Shown here: positions 29,746 through 39,075 of the stretch, piece by piece
Position numbering within the stretch: position 1 is the first letter of the stretch
How the letters are laid out: each line of letters starts with the position of its first letter
NCBI GenBank assembly: GCA_045430275.1
Contig: JAILXU010000002.1
Span: 6,528-70,527, forward strand
Length of the DNA stretch: 64,000 nt
Reading direction: 5' to 3'
Source of the DNA: Oceanobacter sp.
Lineage (GTDB): Bacteria; Pseudomonadota; Gammaproteobacteria; Pseudomonadales; Oceanobacteraceae
The notes under the pieces: generated by a model
The model's input: the letters and a program-made list of their open reading frames with translations, nothing else
Told to the model about the DNA's origin: nothing
Database searches by the model: none
Made by a program: the position numbers and the translations under genes

Positions 29746-30332
29746 TAGCCCAGTACCTCAGCCTTGATTTCAGGCATCATCTGATCAACACGCTGACCCG
29801 CACAGGCTTTGCCATGCGCCTTGAATTCCCAGTCACCACCATTACGACGCAATGAAGCAATCAGAATGCCGGTGTGTGAACCTTTTTCGTTCAACTGGTA
29901 ACGCACCAGTTCTTCACGGCCGTTGGAAACCACACGGCAGAAGGCATTTTCCACCTCATCGAACGTCTGACCCCGGAAGCTGTTAACCGTAAAGGCCAGA
30001 TATTCCACCACGGATGGCAGAGCAGACAGGGTAACGGTAATCACTTCGTCGTCACCGTCGCCTTCACCGGTCAGGTTGTCGCCATTATGAATCACACCGC
30101 CACAACGGGATTTCAGCTGGCTGAACCAGATGGTATCGATGTCCGTACCATCAGCGGTCATCAGCACACAGGACGCATCCAGATCAATCTCGTCACCGCC
30201 ACCCAGCAAGGAGCCGAAAAACCCTTTTTTCTTTTTGACCGGATCCCAGCCCAGACCAACCTGCAGCACATCCAGCGAGCTTTTGGCGGTCTTGCTCAGT
30301 GAAACGGTTTGATTCTTTGTTAACGAAACCAT
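29745..30332 (-). CDS. terZ: Tellurium resistance protein TerZ
   Basis: MVSLTKNQTVSLSK, GLGWDPVKKK, IDLDASC, AFTVNSFRGQTF; start placed at ATG 30332; TAATG coupling to terA. Confidence 0.9.
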   Translation of the reverse strand: MVSLTKNQTVSLSKTAKSSLDVLQVGLGWDPVKKKKGFFGSLLGGGDEIDLDASCVLMTADGTDIDTIWFSQLKSRCGGVIHNGDNLTGEGDGDDEVITVTLSALPSVVEYLAFTVNSFRGQTFDEVENAFCRVVSNGREELVRYQLNEKGSHTGILIASLRRNGGDWEFKAHGKACAGQRVDQMMPEIKAEVLG

Positions 30333-30614
30333 GTCTTTATCCTTTATTAGGTAGAGGTTGATGCGCCAGAACACTGACGCTATCCATGTTCAATCACTGC
30401 CTGTCGTATTGTTACACGGGAACCGGTAGACCTGAATGCTGCCCCGCTACCCTGTAGGTAAGGGCAACAAGGGTAACAAATCAAGTGCGATTTGTGAAAA
30501 ATGCGTCACACACTGGATATTTCCGTGATTTACTGGTCGAATCTGCCTGCCTGACAACAGGCTCCAGGAACTCGCCGTACCCAGAAACGGCCACCACTAT
30601 TTTCAGGAACGTGT

Positions 30615-31745
30615 ATGACTGTTTATCGACGCACCCTATCCACCGGTACGCTGTCCGTCACACCGGCAGCAGACAACGCCTATGCACTGGATGATCTGTT
30701 TGATATCGCCGAGCGCCGCAACCCCAAACGTGCCTTTCTGTTTGTCAGCAAGGTTCTGGGTCGCCACATCCCGGTTTCCCCCGCCGTGATGCGCCAGACC
30801 TACAGCGACCTGGCCACTCAGATTCCCGCCGACCTGCCACAACCGGTGTTATTCATTGGCATGGCCGAAACAGCGGTTGGCATGGCAGCCGGCGTGCATC
30901 AGGAAGCGCGTAAACAGTTCTCCGACACCGTTCTGCTCACCAGCACACGGCACCCGGTGGATGGTCAATTATTGTGCGAGTTCCAGGAAAGCCACAGCCA
31001 CGCCACCGATCACCTGATTTACTGGCCCAAAGAGCCTGAACAAGCTGCTCTGGTGCGCCAGGCCCGCTCGCTGGTACTGATCGACGACGAAGCCACCACC
31101 GGCAACACGTTCCATCATTTGACCCGCGCTCTGGTAGACGCCGGACTGGATCAGTTCGAGCGACTGGTCACGGTGACACTCACCGACTGGAGTGGTAACA
31201 GCCTGGCCCAGCGTCAGGACACTTCTCTGCCAGTTGAAGCCATCTCGCTCGCTTTTGGTGAATGGGACTGGCAACCCAACCCCGGTGCACCACTGCCTGA
31301 AATGCCATCCGTTAACGTGACAGCACGAGGTTCGGTTGAGATCACCGGGCCTCAGGATTGGGGGCGTCTCGGCGTACAAGATTCACACAGTCGCCTCGGC
31401 GCTGAACTCTCGACCCGAGCCGGAGAGAAAATTCTGGTGTTGGGCAGCAGCGAATTTATCTGGCCACCGTTTTTGCTGGCCGAACGCCTGCAACAAGACG
31501 GCGCTGACGTGCTGTTCAGCACCACCACCCGCTCCCCGGTCTCCACCGGACTGGCGATTGAATCGGCACTGACCTTCGGCGACAACTACGGTTTGGGCAT
31601 TCCCAATTTTGCCTACAACCTCAAACAGCAAACGGTTGACCGCATTCTGCTGTGTTGTGAAACACCCGCCAGTTCCATCGACCCGTCACTGATTGACGAT
31701 CTGTCCAAAATTGCCGCTCAGGTGGAGGTTGTAAGCTATGAATAA
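30615..31745 (+). CDS. Ter-associated phosphoribosyltransferase (PRTase with TRSP-like C-terminus)
   Basis: AERRNPKRAFLFVSKVLGRHIP, FIGMAETA, FQESHSHA, PRPP-binding LIDDEATTGNT, TTTRSP. Confidence 0.88.
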   Translation: MTVYRRTLSTGTLSVTPAADNAYALDDLFDIAERRNPKRAFLFVSKVLGRHIPVSPAVMRQTYSDLATQIPADLPQPVLFIGMAETAVGMAAGVHQEARKQFSDTVLLTSTRHPVDGQLLCEFQESHSHATDHLIYWPKEPEQAALVRQARSLVLIDDEATTGNTFHHLTRALVDAGLDQFERLVTVTLTDWSGNSLAQRQDTSLPVEAISLAFGEWDWQPNPGAPLPEMPSVNVTARGSVEITGPQDWGRLGVQDSHSRLGAELSTRAGEKILVLGSSEFIWPPFLLAERLQQDGADVLFSTTTRSPVSTGLAIESALTFGDNYGLGIPNFAYNLKQQTVDRILLCCETPASSIDPSLIDDLSKIAAQVEVVSYE

Positions 31746-32562
31746 GCCGGTATTTCTGGTCGATCTTGACGATACCCTGTTCCAGACTCAGCGCAAAATG
31801 CGCGATGAACTGGGCCAGACACCGTTCAAATGCGGTGCCATCGACCGCAGTCTGAAGCCTCGCAGCTTTATGAACGAAGAACAGTCGATGCTGGTGGACT
31901 GGCTGCTGGCAAACGCCGACACCATTCCGGTCACGGCTCGTGGCACTGAGGAAATTGGCCGAGTCAGCATTCCATTCGATTCCTGGGCCATCACCACCCA
32001 CGGTGCCGTGATTCTGACCCCGGAAGGAACCCCCGACCCCATCTGGCAAGATCACATTCTGACGGCTCTCGCGCCTTATCGTCGTCGCCTGATTGCTCTG
32101 CAAGAAGGTATTACTGCCCTGTTCGAAGAGCGCAACATCGCCGCCTGGGCCAGAATCAACGAAGAATACGACGGCCAACCGGTGTATCTGGTGATGAAGC
32201 ACACCGACAGCACTCGCCTCGACGAGCTGTACGCCATGGGCGACCTGATCGAAAAAACCTTCGGCACCGACGGTTTTTACCTGCATCGTAACGGCAACAA
32301 CATCGCCTGGCTGCCGACCTGCATTGAGAAAGGCACCGCCACCCTGCATTTACTGGAACGTCTGAAACAGGAACGTGGTTGCTTCCCGGTATTGGGTTTG
32401 GGCGACAGCATCAGCGACCACCGCTTTCTGCAGCATTGCACCTGGTTTGGCATGCCCAACAACAGCCAGATGGCCAAACATCTGGAACAGGCACTGGACA
32501 ATGCCCTGCCCGGCATTCATTCAGCCGACTCACACACGCATGAGCCAGGAAGTGCTTTATGA
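31738..32562 (+). CDS. Ter-associated HAD-superfamily hydrolase
   Basis: FLVDLDDTLFQT motif I, IPVTAR, EKG, GLGDSISD. Confidence 0.88.
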   Translation: MNKPVFLVDLDDTLFQTQRKMRDELGQTPFKCGAIDRSLKPRSFMNEEQSMLVDWLLANADTIPVTARGTEEIGRVSIPFDSWAITTHGAVILTPEGTPDPIWQDHILTALAPYRRRLIALQEGITALFEERNIAAWARINEEYDGQPVYLVMKHTDSTRLDELYAMGDLIEKTFGTDGFYLHRNGNNIAWLPTCIEKGTATLHLLERLKQERGCFPVLGLGDSISDHRFLQHCTWFGMPNNSQMAKHLEQALDNALPGIHSADSHTHEPGSAL

Positions 32563-33635
32563 CCACCATCACACCGTTCTCTGGTAGCTATCACACAGAC
32601 GACGTCGCCTTCCTGCTTCGTCGAGTCAGCATGGACATGACCCCGGTGGCGGAAAAAGAGCGTCTGATTCAATCCGGTCAGGCCCACTACTCCGACATGC
32701 TCAGTCAGGAACCGGAACCGTCCGAGCAGCATCTGGCGATATTCCAGCAAGCACTGGAGGTTGGCGCACCGCGTTTGGCGCGGGATGTGATGGCACTGGC
32801 CAAGGCACTGATCGAGCGCATGGGTGATCAACCGATTGTCCTGGCCAGTCTGGTACGCGCCGGAGTGCCACTGGGCGTGCTGCTGCACAAGGCGCTGGGG
32901 TATCTGGGCAAAACGTCGTATCACTACGGCATCAGCATCATTCGTGACCGGGGCATTGACGAGGTCGCACTGGATTTTATTGAACAGCGACACGGCACTG
33001 AAGGCGTGGTGTTTGTGGACGGCTGGACGGGCAAGGGTGCCATTACCGGGCAGTTGACCGCCTCTTTGAACAACCGCTCTGGCTATCCTGAACAACCGCG
33101 TCTGGTGGTACTCGCCGACCCGTGCGGCTGCGCCTGGTTATCCGCCTCCGACGATGACTGGCTGATTCCATTCGGCATCCTCGGAGCACCGGTCTCCGGC
33201 ATGGTGTCGCGTTCTATCTGGAGTGCGGATGATCTGCACGGCTGCGTTCAGTGCGACCATCTGCAAGCCTACGATTGCAGCCGCACCTTGATTGAACAAG
33301 TCACTCACCACTGGCCCCTGATGGCTCTCAAGGACATGCCTGGAGCCAGCTTCCAGAACGATTCGGGCCATTTATTGACACTGAGCCGCCAGGTTGTGAG
33401 TGAACTGGCACAAGCCTACGACATAGACCGCATCAACCGCATCAAACCGGGCATTGCCGAAGCCACGCGGGCCGTGCTGCGCCGGGTGCCGGATCACATT
33501 CTGGTGCGCGACAAATCCGACCCGGACGTCGCCTTGCTGGTGCATCTGGCCGAACAGAAACAGCTTCCTATTGAAGAAGTCGGCCAGCGCATCGGCCAAT
33601 ATCGGGCTGTGACTATCATCAAGAAGGTGCTGTAA
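32559..33635 (+). CDS. Ter-associated StiP-like protein with C-terminal PELOTA-like domain
   Basis: FSGSY...DVAFLL, HYSDMLSQE, SLVRAG, FVDGWTGKGAI, DDWLIP, RIKPGIAEATRAVLRRVP. Confidence 0.85.
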   Translation: MTTITPFSGSYHTDDVAFLLRRVSMDMTPVAEKERLIQSGQAHYSDMLSQEPEPSEQHLAIFQQALEVGAPRLARDVMALAKALIERMGDQPIVLASLVRAGVPLGVLLHKALGYLGKTSYHYGISIIRDRGIDEVALDFIEQRHGTEGVVFVDGWTGKGAITGQLTASLNNRSGYPEQPRLVVLADPCGCAWLSASDDDWLIPFGILGAPVSGMVSRSIWSADDLHGCVQCDHLQAYDCSRTLIEQVTHHWPLMALKDMPGASFQNDSGHLLTLSRQVVSELAQAYDIDRINRIKPGIAEATRAVLRRVPDHILVRDKSDPDVALLVHLAEQKQLPIEEVGQRIGQYRAVTIIKKVL

Positions 33636-33637
33636 CC

Positions 33638-34624
33638 ATGAGCGTCTTTCGTCACGACACCGAACCCCTGTCGCCCTATCAACTGGGCGCAACCCTGTAC
33701 ATGCCCGCGACACGCACCGACATTGATCAGGTAGTTCTGAATAACAAGGTGCCCGGCTTGTCCTCGCTGGTGATTTGTCTGGAAGACGCCATTCTGGCCG
33801 AGCGCATTCCTGCCGCCATTCAGAACGTGTCGCACATTCTGACACGCATCGGGCGCGCTACTCCGACACAGGCATCGACTCGCCCGCTGGTGTTTATTCG
33901 CCCACGCCACCCCGAGATGGCACGCTGGCTAATCGAACACCTCGACCTCAATCAGGTACACGGCTTTGTATTGCCCAAATTCACCCTGGCTTCGCTGGAT
34001 GAATGGGCCACTTTGCTGGAACCCACGTCACTGTATTGGATGCCCACACTGGAAAGTGTGGAAGTGTTCGACTCGTTTGAAATGCAGCAACTGGCCAAAA
34101 CATTGGCGCAACATCCGCTGCGCGAGCGCATTCTGGCCATTCGCATTGGCGGCAACGACCTGATGAACCTGCTGTCACTGCGCCGCCAGCGCAACCTGAC
34201 GCTGTATCAGACACCGCTGGCGGCGGTGATTCAGAATCTGGTGTGTCAGTTCGCCCCACGAGACTTTTCACTCACTGCCCCGGTGTGTGAAATCATCGAC
34301 GATCCAGCCCTGCTCTCTGCCGAACTGGAGCAAGACATCGCCCACGGTCTGGTGGGCAAAACGGCGATTCATCCCAGCCAGGTTCAACGAATCAATCGCG
34401 CTCTGATGGTCAACTCTCAGGAACATCAGGACGCGCTGAACATTCTCAATGCCAGCCAGGCGGTGTTTCAGGCCCACGGGGCCATGTGCGAACCGGCGAC
34501 TCAACATCGCTGGGCCGAGCGTGTTCTGATCCGGGCCAGATACTATGGCATCAGTGATGCCGGGCCTCAGTACACAACCCCGCCCTTGCCTCAGCAACCG
34601 CCCCAAGGCGTTCTCAACTATTGA
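33638..34624 (+). CDS. Ter-associated HpcH/HpaI aldolase / citrate lyase beta family protein
   Basis: LGATLYMPATR, VICLEDAI, FIRPR, RIGGNDL, LTAPVCE, GKTAIHPSQ, MCEPATQ. Confidence 0.88.
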   Translation: MSVFRHDTEPLSPYQLGATLYMPATRTDIDQVVLNNKVPGLSSLVICLEDAILAERIPAAIQNVSHILTRIGRATPTQASTRPLVFIRPRHPEMARWLIEHLDLNQVHGFVLPKFTLASLDEWATLLEPTSLYWMPTLESVEVFDSFEMQQLAKTLAQHPLRERILAIRIGGNDLMNLLSLRRQRNLTLYQTPLAAVIQNLVCQFAPRDFSLTAPVCEIIDDPALLSAELEQDIAHGLVGKTAIHPSQVQRINRALMVNSQEHQDALNILNASQAVFQAHGAMCEPATQHRWAERVLIRARYYGISDAGPQYTTPPLPQQPPQGVLNY

Positions 34625-34737
34625 GAATGCTTTCTCCTCCCATGATCTGAAGCGCTGCCATTGAAGTCCTCCCGGCACTCTGGCATGGTGCGAATGGACG
34701 TTGACGCCGCAACAACGGGTAGCTGACGGATAACGGT

Positions 34738-35067
34738 ATGCAAAAATCCCCATCAAAAGAACAGGTCAGAGAACAACTGGATCAGGAAATCGCTGCATTT
34801 CTTCAAGAAGGCGGCGAGGTGCATCAGGTAGCGCATGGCGAAACGGGCCTGACCGATGGCCGGTACGACGAACGTGCCTTGGCTTTCCAGCGCCAGCAAC
34901 AAACCCGCACGCCGGTTCCGGAAGTGGTGCGAGCCATTGAAGAACGGCGAGACGCGCGCCGCACCAAACCCCGAAAACCCACTCAATCACGCCCCCGCCA
35001 GCCCCGCAAGAAAGTCATCTACGACGACTTTGGCGAGCCATTGCGAGTCGTCTGGGAAGACAGCTAA
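34738..35067 (+). CDS. Small conserved hypothetical protein with SutA-like N-terminal segment
   Basis: REQLDQEIAAFLQEGGEVHQV; basic linker; KKVIYDDFGEPLRVVWE C-terminus. Confidence 0.7.
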   Translation: MQKSPSKEQVREQLDQEIAAFLQEGGEVHQVAHGETGLTDGRYDERALAFQRQQQTRTPVPEVVRAIEERRDARRTKPRKPTQSRPRQPRKKVIYDDFGEPLRVVWEDS

Positions 35068-35076
35068 ATTACCTTC

Positions 35077-36276
35077 ATGGACGCTCACACCCTGCTATTC
35101 ATTCTGGCTGCCAGCTTGCTGGGCTATGGGCTGGTGGCTCGTAACATCGAGCACGCCGGAATCAGCGCGCCCATGTTGATCACACTGATCGGCATACTCT
35201 CTGGCCCGCTGGTGCTGAATCTGGTGAACCCCGAGCTGGAACACCACGGCCTCAAGCTGATGGCCGAACTGACCCTTGCGATCATTCTGTTCACCGATGC
35301 CAGCCAAACCAAACGCCGCCACCTGCTGCGCTATGAAGTGTTGCCCATTCGACTGCTGGCCATTGGCCTGCCACTGACGTTTATGGCCGGTTGGCTGCTG
35401 GCCGTGCCCATTCTGGGGCTGTCGTGGCTGGCAGCGGCCTGGCTTGCAATCATGCTGACGCCCACTGATGCCGCGCTGGCACAGGGCATGATCAACAACC
35501 CCAAAACCCCGGAGCGCCTGCGTCATACCATCACGGTGGAAAGCGGCCTGAATGATGGCCTCGCCTTACCGGTTTTGCTGTTTATTCTGGCGTTGATGCA
35601 GGCCGGGGATTACGCCTTTCTGGACGCGGACGAATGGCCGCTGTTTGTGATGCAACAATTTGCCGTCGGCACGCTGATCGGCTGGCTAGCTGGTCGCTAT
35701 GGCGGCAGCCTGATCCATCAAGCCAATAAACGCCACCAGATAACACCGATGTTCCAGCGTCTGTCATCGCTGGCACTGGCTTTACTGACCTATTCCGGGG
35801 CGGAATTGCTGGGCGGCAACGGCTTTATCGCCGTGTTTCTGGCTGGACTGTTTCTGAGCCCGAGACACACACTGGTGATCGAGCGCCTGAAAGAATTTGG
35901 CGAAGCCGAAGGCGAGCTGCTGGCGCTGCTGGTGTTCTTCCTGTTCGGGCTGGTGTTTGTGGCCGAAGCCTGGCCCTTGATGCAATGGTCACACCTGCTG
36001 TACGCCTTGCTCAGCCTGACGGTTATCAGAATGATCCCGGTCTTTATCTCACTGCTGGGCAGTGGCCTGAGCTGGCCCGACCGGTTGTTTCTGGCCTGGT
36101 TTGGGCCGCGAGGCATTGCCAGCATCCTGTACGTGCTGATTGCCGTGGAACAGATGGGCTACAGCGACAGCATCCCGGAATACGAAGCCGTCTTTGCCAC
36201 CACGGTACTGACGGTATTGCTGAGTATTTTCCTGCACGGTCTGTCAACGCATGTGTTTCAGCGCTCGTCCAGATAG
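35077..36276 (+). CDS. Cation:proton antiporter, CPA1/NhaP-like
   Basis: LTPTDAAL, VESGLNDG, GGNGFIAVF, WFGPRGIAS, SIFLHG; many TM helices. Confidence 0.88.
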   Translation: MDAHTLLFILAASLLGYGLVARNIEHAGISAPMLITLIGILSGPLVLNLVNPELEHHGLKLMAELTLAIILFTDASQTKRRHLLRYEVLPIRLLAIGLPLTFMAGWLLAVPILGLSWLAAAWLAIMLTPTDAALAQGMINNPKTPERLRHTITVESGLNDGLALPVLLFILALMQAGDYAFLDADEWPLFVMQQFAVGTLIGWLAGRYGGSLIHQANKRHQITPMFQRLSSLALALLTYSGAELLGGNGFIAVFLAGLFLSPRHTLVIERLKEFGEAEGELLALLVFFLFGLVFVAEAWPLMQWSHLLYALLSLTVIRMIPVFISLLGSGLSWPDRLFLAWFGPRGIASILYVLIAVEQMGYSDSIPEYEAVFATTVLTVLLSIFLHGLSTHVFQRSSR

Positions 36277-36288
36277 GTTCTATGTCTT

Positions 36289-37593
36289 TTAATCATTGCC
36301 AACACGGTTCTTCGCCTCAATCCACTGCGACATATACTGCGTGCTTTTGAGGCTATGGTGCCTGAGCATCAGGCCATAGAAGTGTGACTGGCGGTGCTCG
36401 GGCAGCCGGTTTTGCAACTGTCCGATTCGATCCATCAGCGTTTGCTGGTGTGTGGCAGCGTCAAATCGTGCTGGAATCAGTTGTTGTCCGGCATCAGACA
36501 TGGCCTGCCAATCCTCTGGTCGGGTGTAGATACGGGTCGCGTGTTCAACCAGCCCCTCCACCGAGTCGCATGTGGCCGCCGGATGCACCGAATCATCGTC
36601 GTACATACGCTCAGAGTACATGCCTTCAGAGCCAATCGGGGTGGTTACTGCAGGCGTGCCGTTACGCGCTGCGTCGATCAGTTTGCCTTTCAGTCCGGCA
36701 CCAAAGCGCAGCGGTGCCAGCATCACACGGGCGGTGCGCACCACGTCCTGAGCATCTTCAGCCCAGCCTTTGACCAGAAAACCCTGTTTGGGATTGTGCA
36801 AGTCCGTGGCTTTTTTCGGCGGATAGCCGCCGTAGATATGCAACTCAGCCTCTGGCAGACGCTTGCGAAGTTGTGGCCAAACCTGCTCTTTCAGCAGTCG
36901 GACGGCATCCCAGTTCGGCGCATGGCGGAAGTTACCAATGGAGACAAAGTGCTGACGTTCTTCAAAACCGGGGACATCAGAAGAGGCGTTGCTTTGCTCC
37001 ATAAACGGCGTGTAGCTCAGCAGTGAGGCAGGTAACTGATAGCGTGTTTGCAGCCAGTCCATTTCCGCCTGCGAAATCACCAGCGTCAGATCACAACGCC
37101 ATATCGAAGCCACTTCCCGAATCGCCAGTTCCGAATACGCCAGCTCGTCACTCAGAAGCGGTAATTCCAGCCCTTCGACCTGCTTCTGCTTGACCGCTTT
37201 CCAACGCGCATCACGCAAGCTGTGAACATCTTCCATATCCAGCACACGCAGTGCATCCGGGCAGTTCTTTTCCACCCGCCAGCCAAACTGTTCTTCCATC
37301 ATAAAGCGGTCAAACATCACCAGCGCCGGTTGCAACACGGTAATCCAGTCATCGAACGATGAGGCGTTCAGTTCAATCCGGTGCGTCTCAATATTCAGTG
37401 CTTCCAGCTCAACCGCGTGGCTGCTTTCGTCCGCTGGCGAAGCGAACACAACCCGGTAATCACGCTGCTGGAAGGCCGATATCAACTGCATCATACGACT
37501 GCCTGCGGCGGAGGAATCCGGTTCTGGCCAGACATAGCCGATCACAAGAGCAACGGGTAAAGAAGAGGCTGAAGCGCAGGCACTGGCCGACAT
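36289..37593 (-). CDS. GT-B (GT4-like) glycosyltransferase
   Basis: GYVWPEPDSSAAG, IGNFRHAPNWD, PLRFGAGLKGK, VTTPIGSEG; start placed at ATG 37593. Confidence 0.8.
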   Translation of the reverse strand: MSASACASASSLPVALVIGYVWPEPDSSAAGSRMMQLISAFQQRDYRVVFASPADESSHAVELEALNIETHRIELNASSFDDWITVLQPALVMFDRFMMEEQFGWRVEKNCPDALRVLDMEDVHSLRDARWKAVKQKQVEGLELPLLSDELAYSELAIREVASIWRCDLTLVISQAEMDWLQTRYQLPASLLSYTPFMEQSNASSDVPGFEERQHFVSIGNFRHAPNWDAVRLLKEQVWPQLRKRLPEAELHIYGGYPPKKATDLHNPKQGFLVKGWAEDAQDVVRTARVMLAPLRFGAGLKGKLIDAARNGTPAVTTPIGSEGMYSERMYDDDSVHPAATCDSVEGLVEHATRIYTRPEDWQAMSDAGQQLIPARFDAATHQQTLMDRIGQLQNRLPEHRQSHFYGLMLRHHSLKSTQYMSQWIEAKNRVGND

Positions 37594-37686
37594 ACGATTT
37601 CCTGATAGCTGTTCAGAACAAGACCGCGAGCCTATCACGAGCTACAATGCGCGGCCTCTTTATCTCTGCGTTGTCGCTGCCGTTTC

Positions 37687-39018
37687 ATGAATCCAATCGC
37701 TGTTTCTTCCGACACTCCCCAGACCAATCCACTGCGGGACATGGTGGTCGGCACACTGGTCTTTGTGGCCTTGCTGAGCGCCATTGCCACCCACTTGCTG
37801 GCCGATCAGCGTTTTTCCCTGATTGCCGGGGTCTGTGGCTGGACGGCAGCTCTGTTGCTGTGGCCGAAACTGAAACGCCAGCAACGCATCCAGAGCCTGA
37901 CCATGCTGACGCTGGGCGCAGCGGCCTTGCTGTGGGCCAGCCAGTTTCAGGCGCTGGACTGGCATACCGCCCTGAGTGCCAACAAGCATTTGATCGCCAT
38001 GCTCAGTGCTGTCACGTTTCTGCGGCTGGTGACGACGCACACACTGGACTCTGATCAACGCCACCCCAGCGGCCCCAAAGCGTTAAACCAGACGCTGCTG
38101 GGTGTGCATCTGTTTGGCTCGGTGATTAATTATTCGGCTCCCATGCTGATGGCAGAACGACTGACCGGCGGCCAACCGCTCAAGGCCGCACAGGCCATTG
38201 TGTTATCACGCGGCTTTGCCGCTGCAGCCTTCTGGTCGCCGTTTTTTGTCGCTATGGGCGTGGCTCTCACCAACGCACCGGGGGCGGAGCTGGTCAGTGT
38301 CAGTCTGGCCGGGCTGCCGCTGGCCGCACTGGCCTTGCTGATGACTCGGCAGGAGCTGGCAGGCCGACGCGACCTGACGCATTGTGAAGGCTATCCGATG
38401 CAAACCCAGGCGTTGAAAATTCCGGCATTGCTGGCAGTCACCATTCTGGTGGCGCATGAGCTGTTCCAGAACATCCCGGTCGTGACCCTGATCGCCATCA
38501 CCAGCCTGACGATCACCGCCTTGCTGCTGGCCCGACGCGAGCCTACCAAGGTCGCGACGCACTATGGCCGTCATATCACGACTGCGCTGCCCGCGATGCA
38601 GTCTGAACTCTGGCTGTTCCTGTCTGCCGGGGTACTGGCAACCGGCATCAATGCGGTGGTTCACAGTACCGGCTTTGCTCTGTCGATCAGCCATGCCGGA
38701 GCGCTGGAGATCAGCCTGTATCTGTTGCTCGCGTGCGTGCTGGCGCTGCTGGCGATTCATCCGGTGATCATCATTGCCAGTGCCGGTAACCTCTTGATGC
38801 CGCTGGTTGACTCTCCCAACCTGCTGGCGCTGGCCTTTCTGATGACCTGGGTGCTGGGCGTCGGTGGTTCGCCGTTTTCCGGGTTGAATCTGTCCATGGC
38901 CAGCCGCTTTCAGATGAACAATCTTGATTTCTGCCGCTGGAACATGGGCTACTCTCTGAAACTGTATCTGTTATGTGCCGCCGCCTTGTTCGTCTACGAC
39001 TGGACGGGCTGGCTTTGA
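37687..39018 (+). CDS. Multi-pass membrane protein, putative transporter
   Basis: About 12 hydrophobic segments; SRGFAAAAFWSPFFVAMG; SPFSG; RBS not obvious. Confidence 0.65.
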   Translation: MNPIAVSSDTPQTNPLRDMVVGTLVFVALLSAIATHLLADQRFSLIAGVCGWTAALLLWPKLKRQQRIQSLTMLTLGAAALLWASQFQALDWHTALSANKHLIAMLSAVTFLRLVTTHTLDSDQRHPSGPKALNQTLLGVHLFGSVINYSAPMLMAERLTGGQPLKAAQAIVLSRGFAAAAFWSPFFVAMGVALTNAPGAELVSVSLAGLPLAALALLMTRQELAGRRDLTHCEGYPMQTQALKIPALLAVTILVAHELFQNIPVVTLIAITSLTITALLLARREPTKVATHYGRHITTALPAMQSELWLFLSAGVLATGINAVVHSTGFALSISHAGALEISLYLLLACVLALLAIHPVIIIASAGNLLMPLVDSPNLLALAFLMTWVLGVGGSPFSGLNLSMASRFQMNNLDFCRWNMGYSLKLYLLCAAALFVYDWTGWL

Positions 39019-39075
39019 TGCCTTGTCTTTCAAGCATCAGGTCTTTCAATCATCGGGCCTTTCAATCATCAGGAG

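Noticed and set aside
30375-30480. yybP-ykoY (Mn) riboswitch upstream of the terC-containing operon
   Set aside because: Only fragmentary resemblance (GTGTAACAATAC); the conserved GGGGAGUAGC and GCGAGACC elements are absent
30493-30510. CRP site
   Set aside because: TGTGA and TCACA are separated by 8 nt rather than 6; kept only as a generic palindrome
25464-34737. Genomic island or mobile element carrying ter
   Set aside because: No integrase, transposase, tRNA or flanking direct repeats seen
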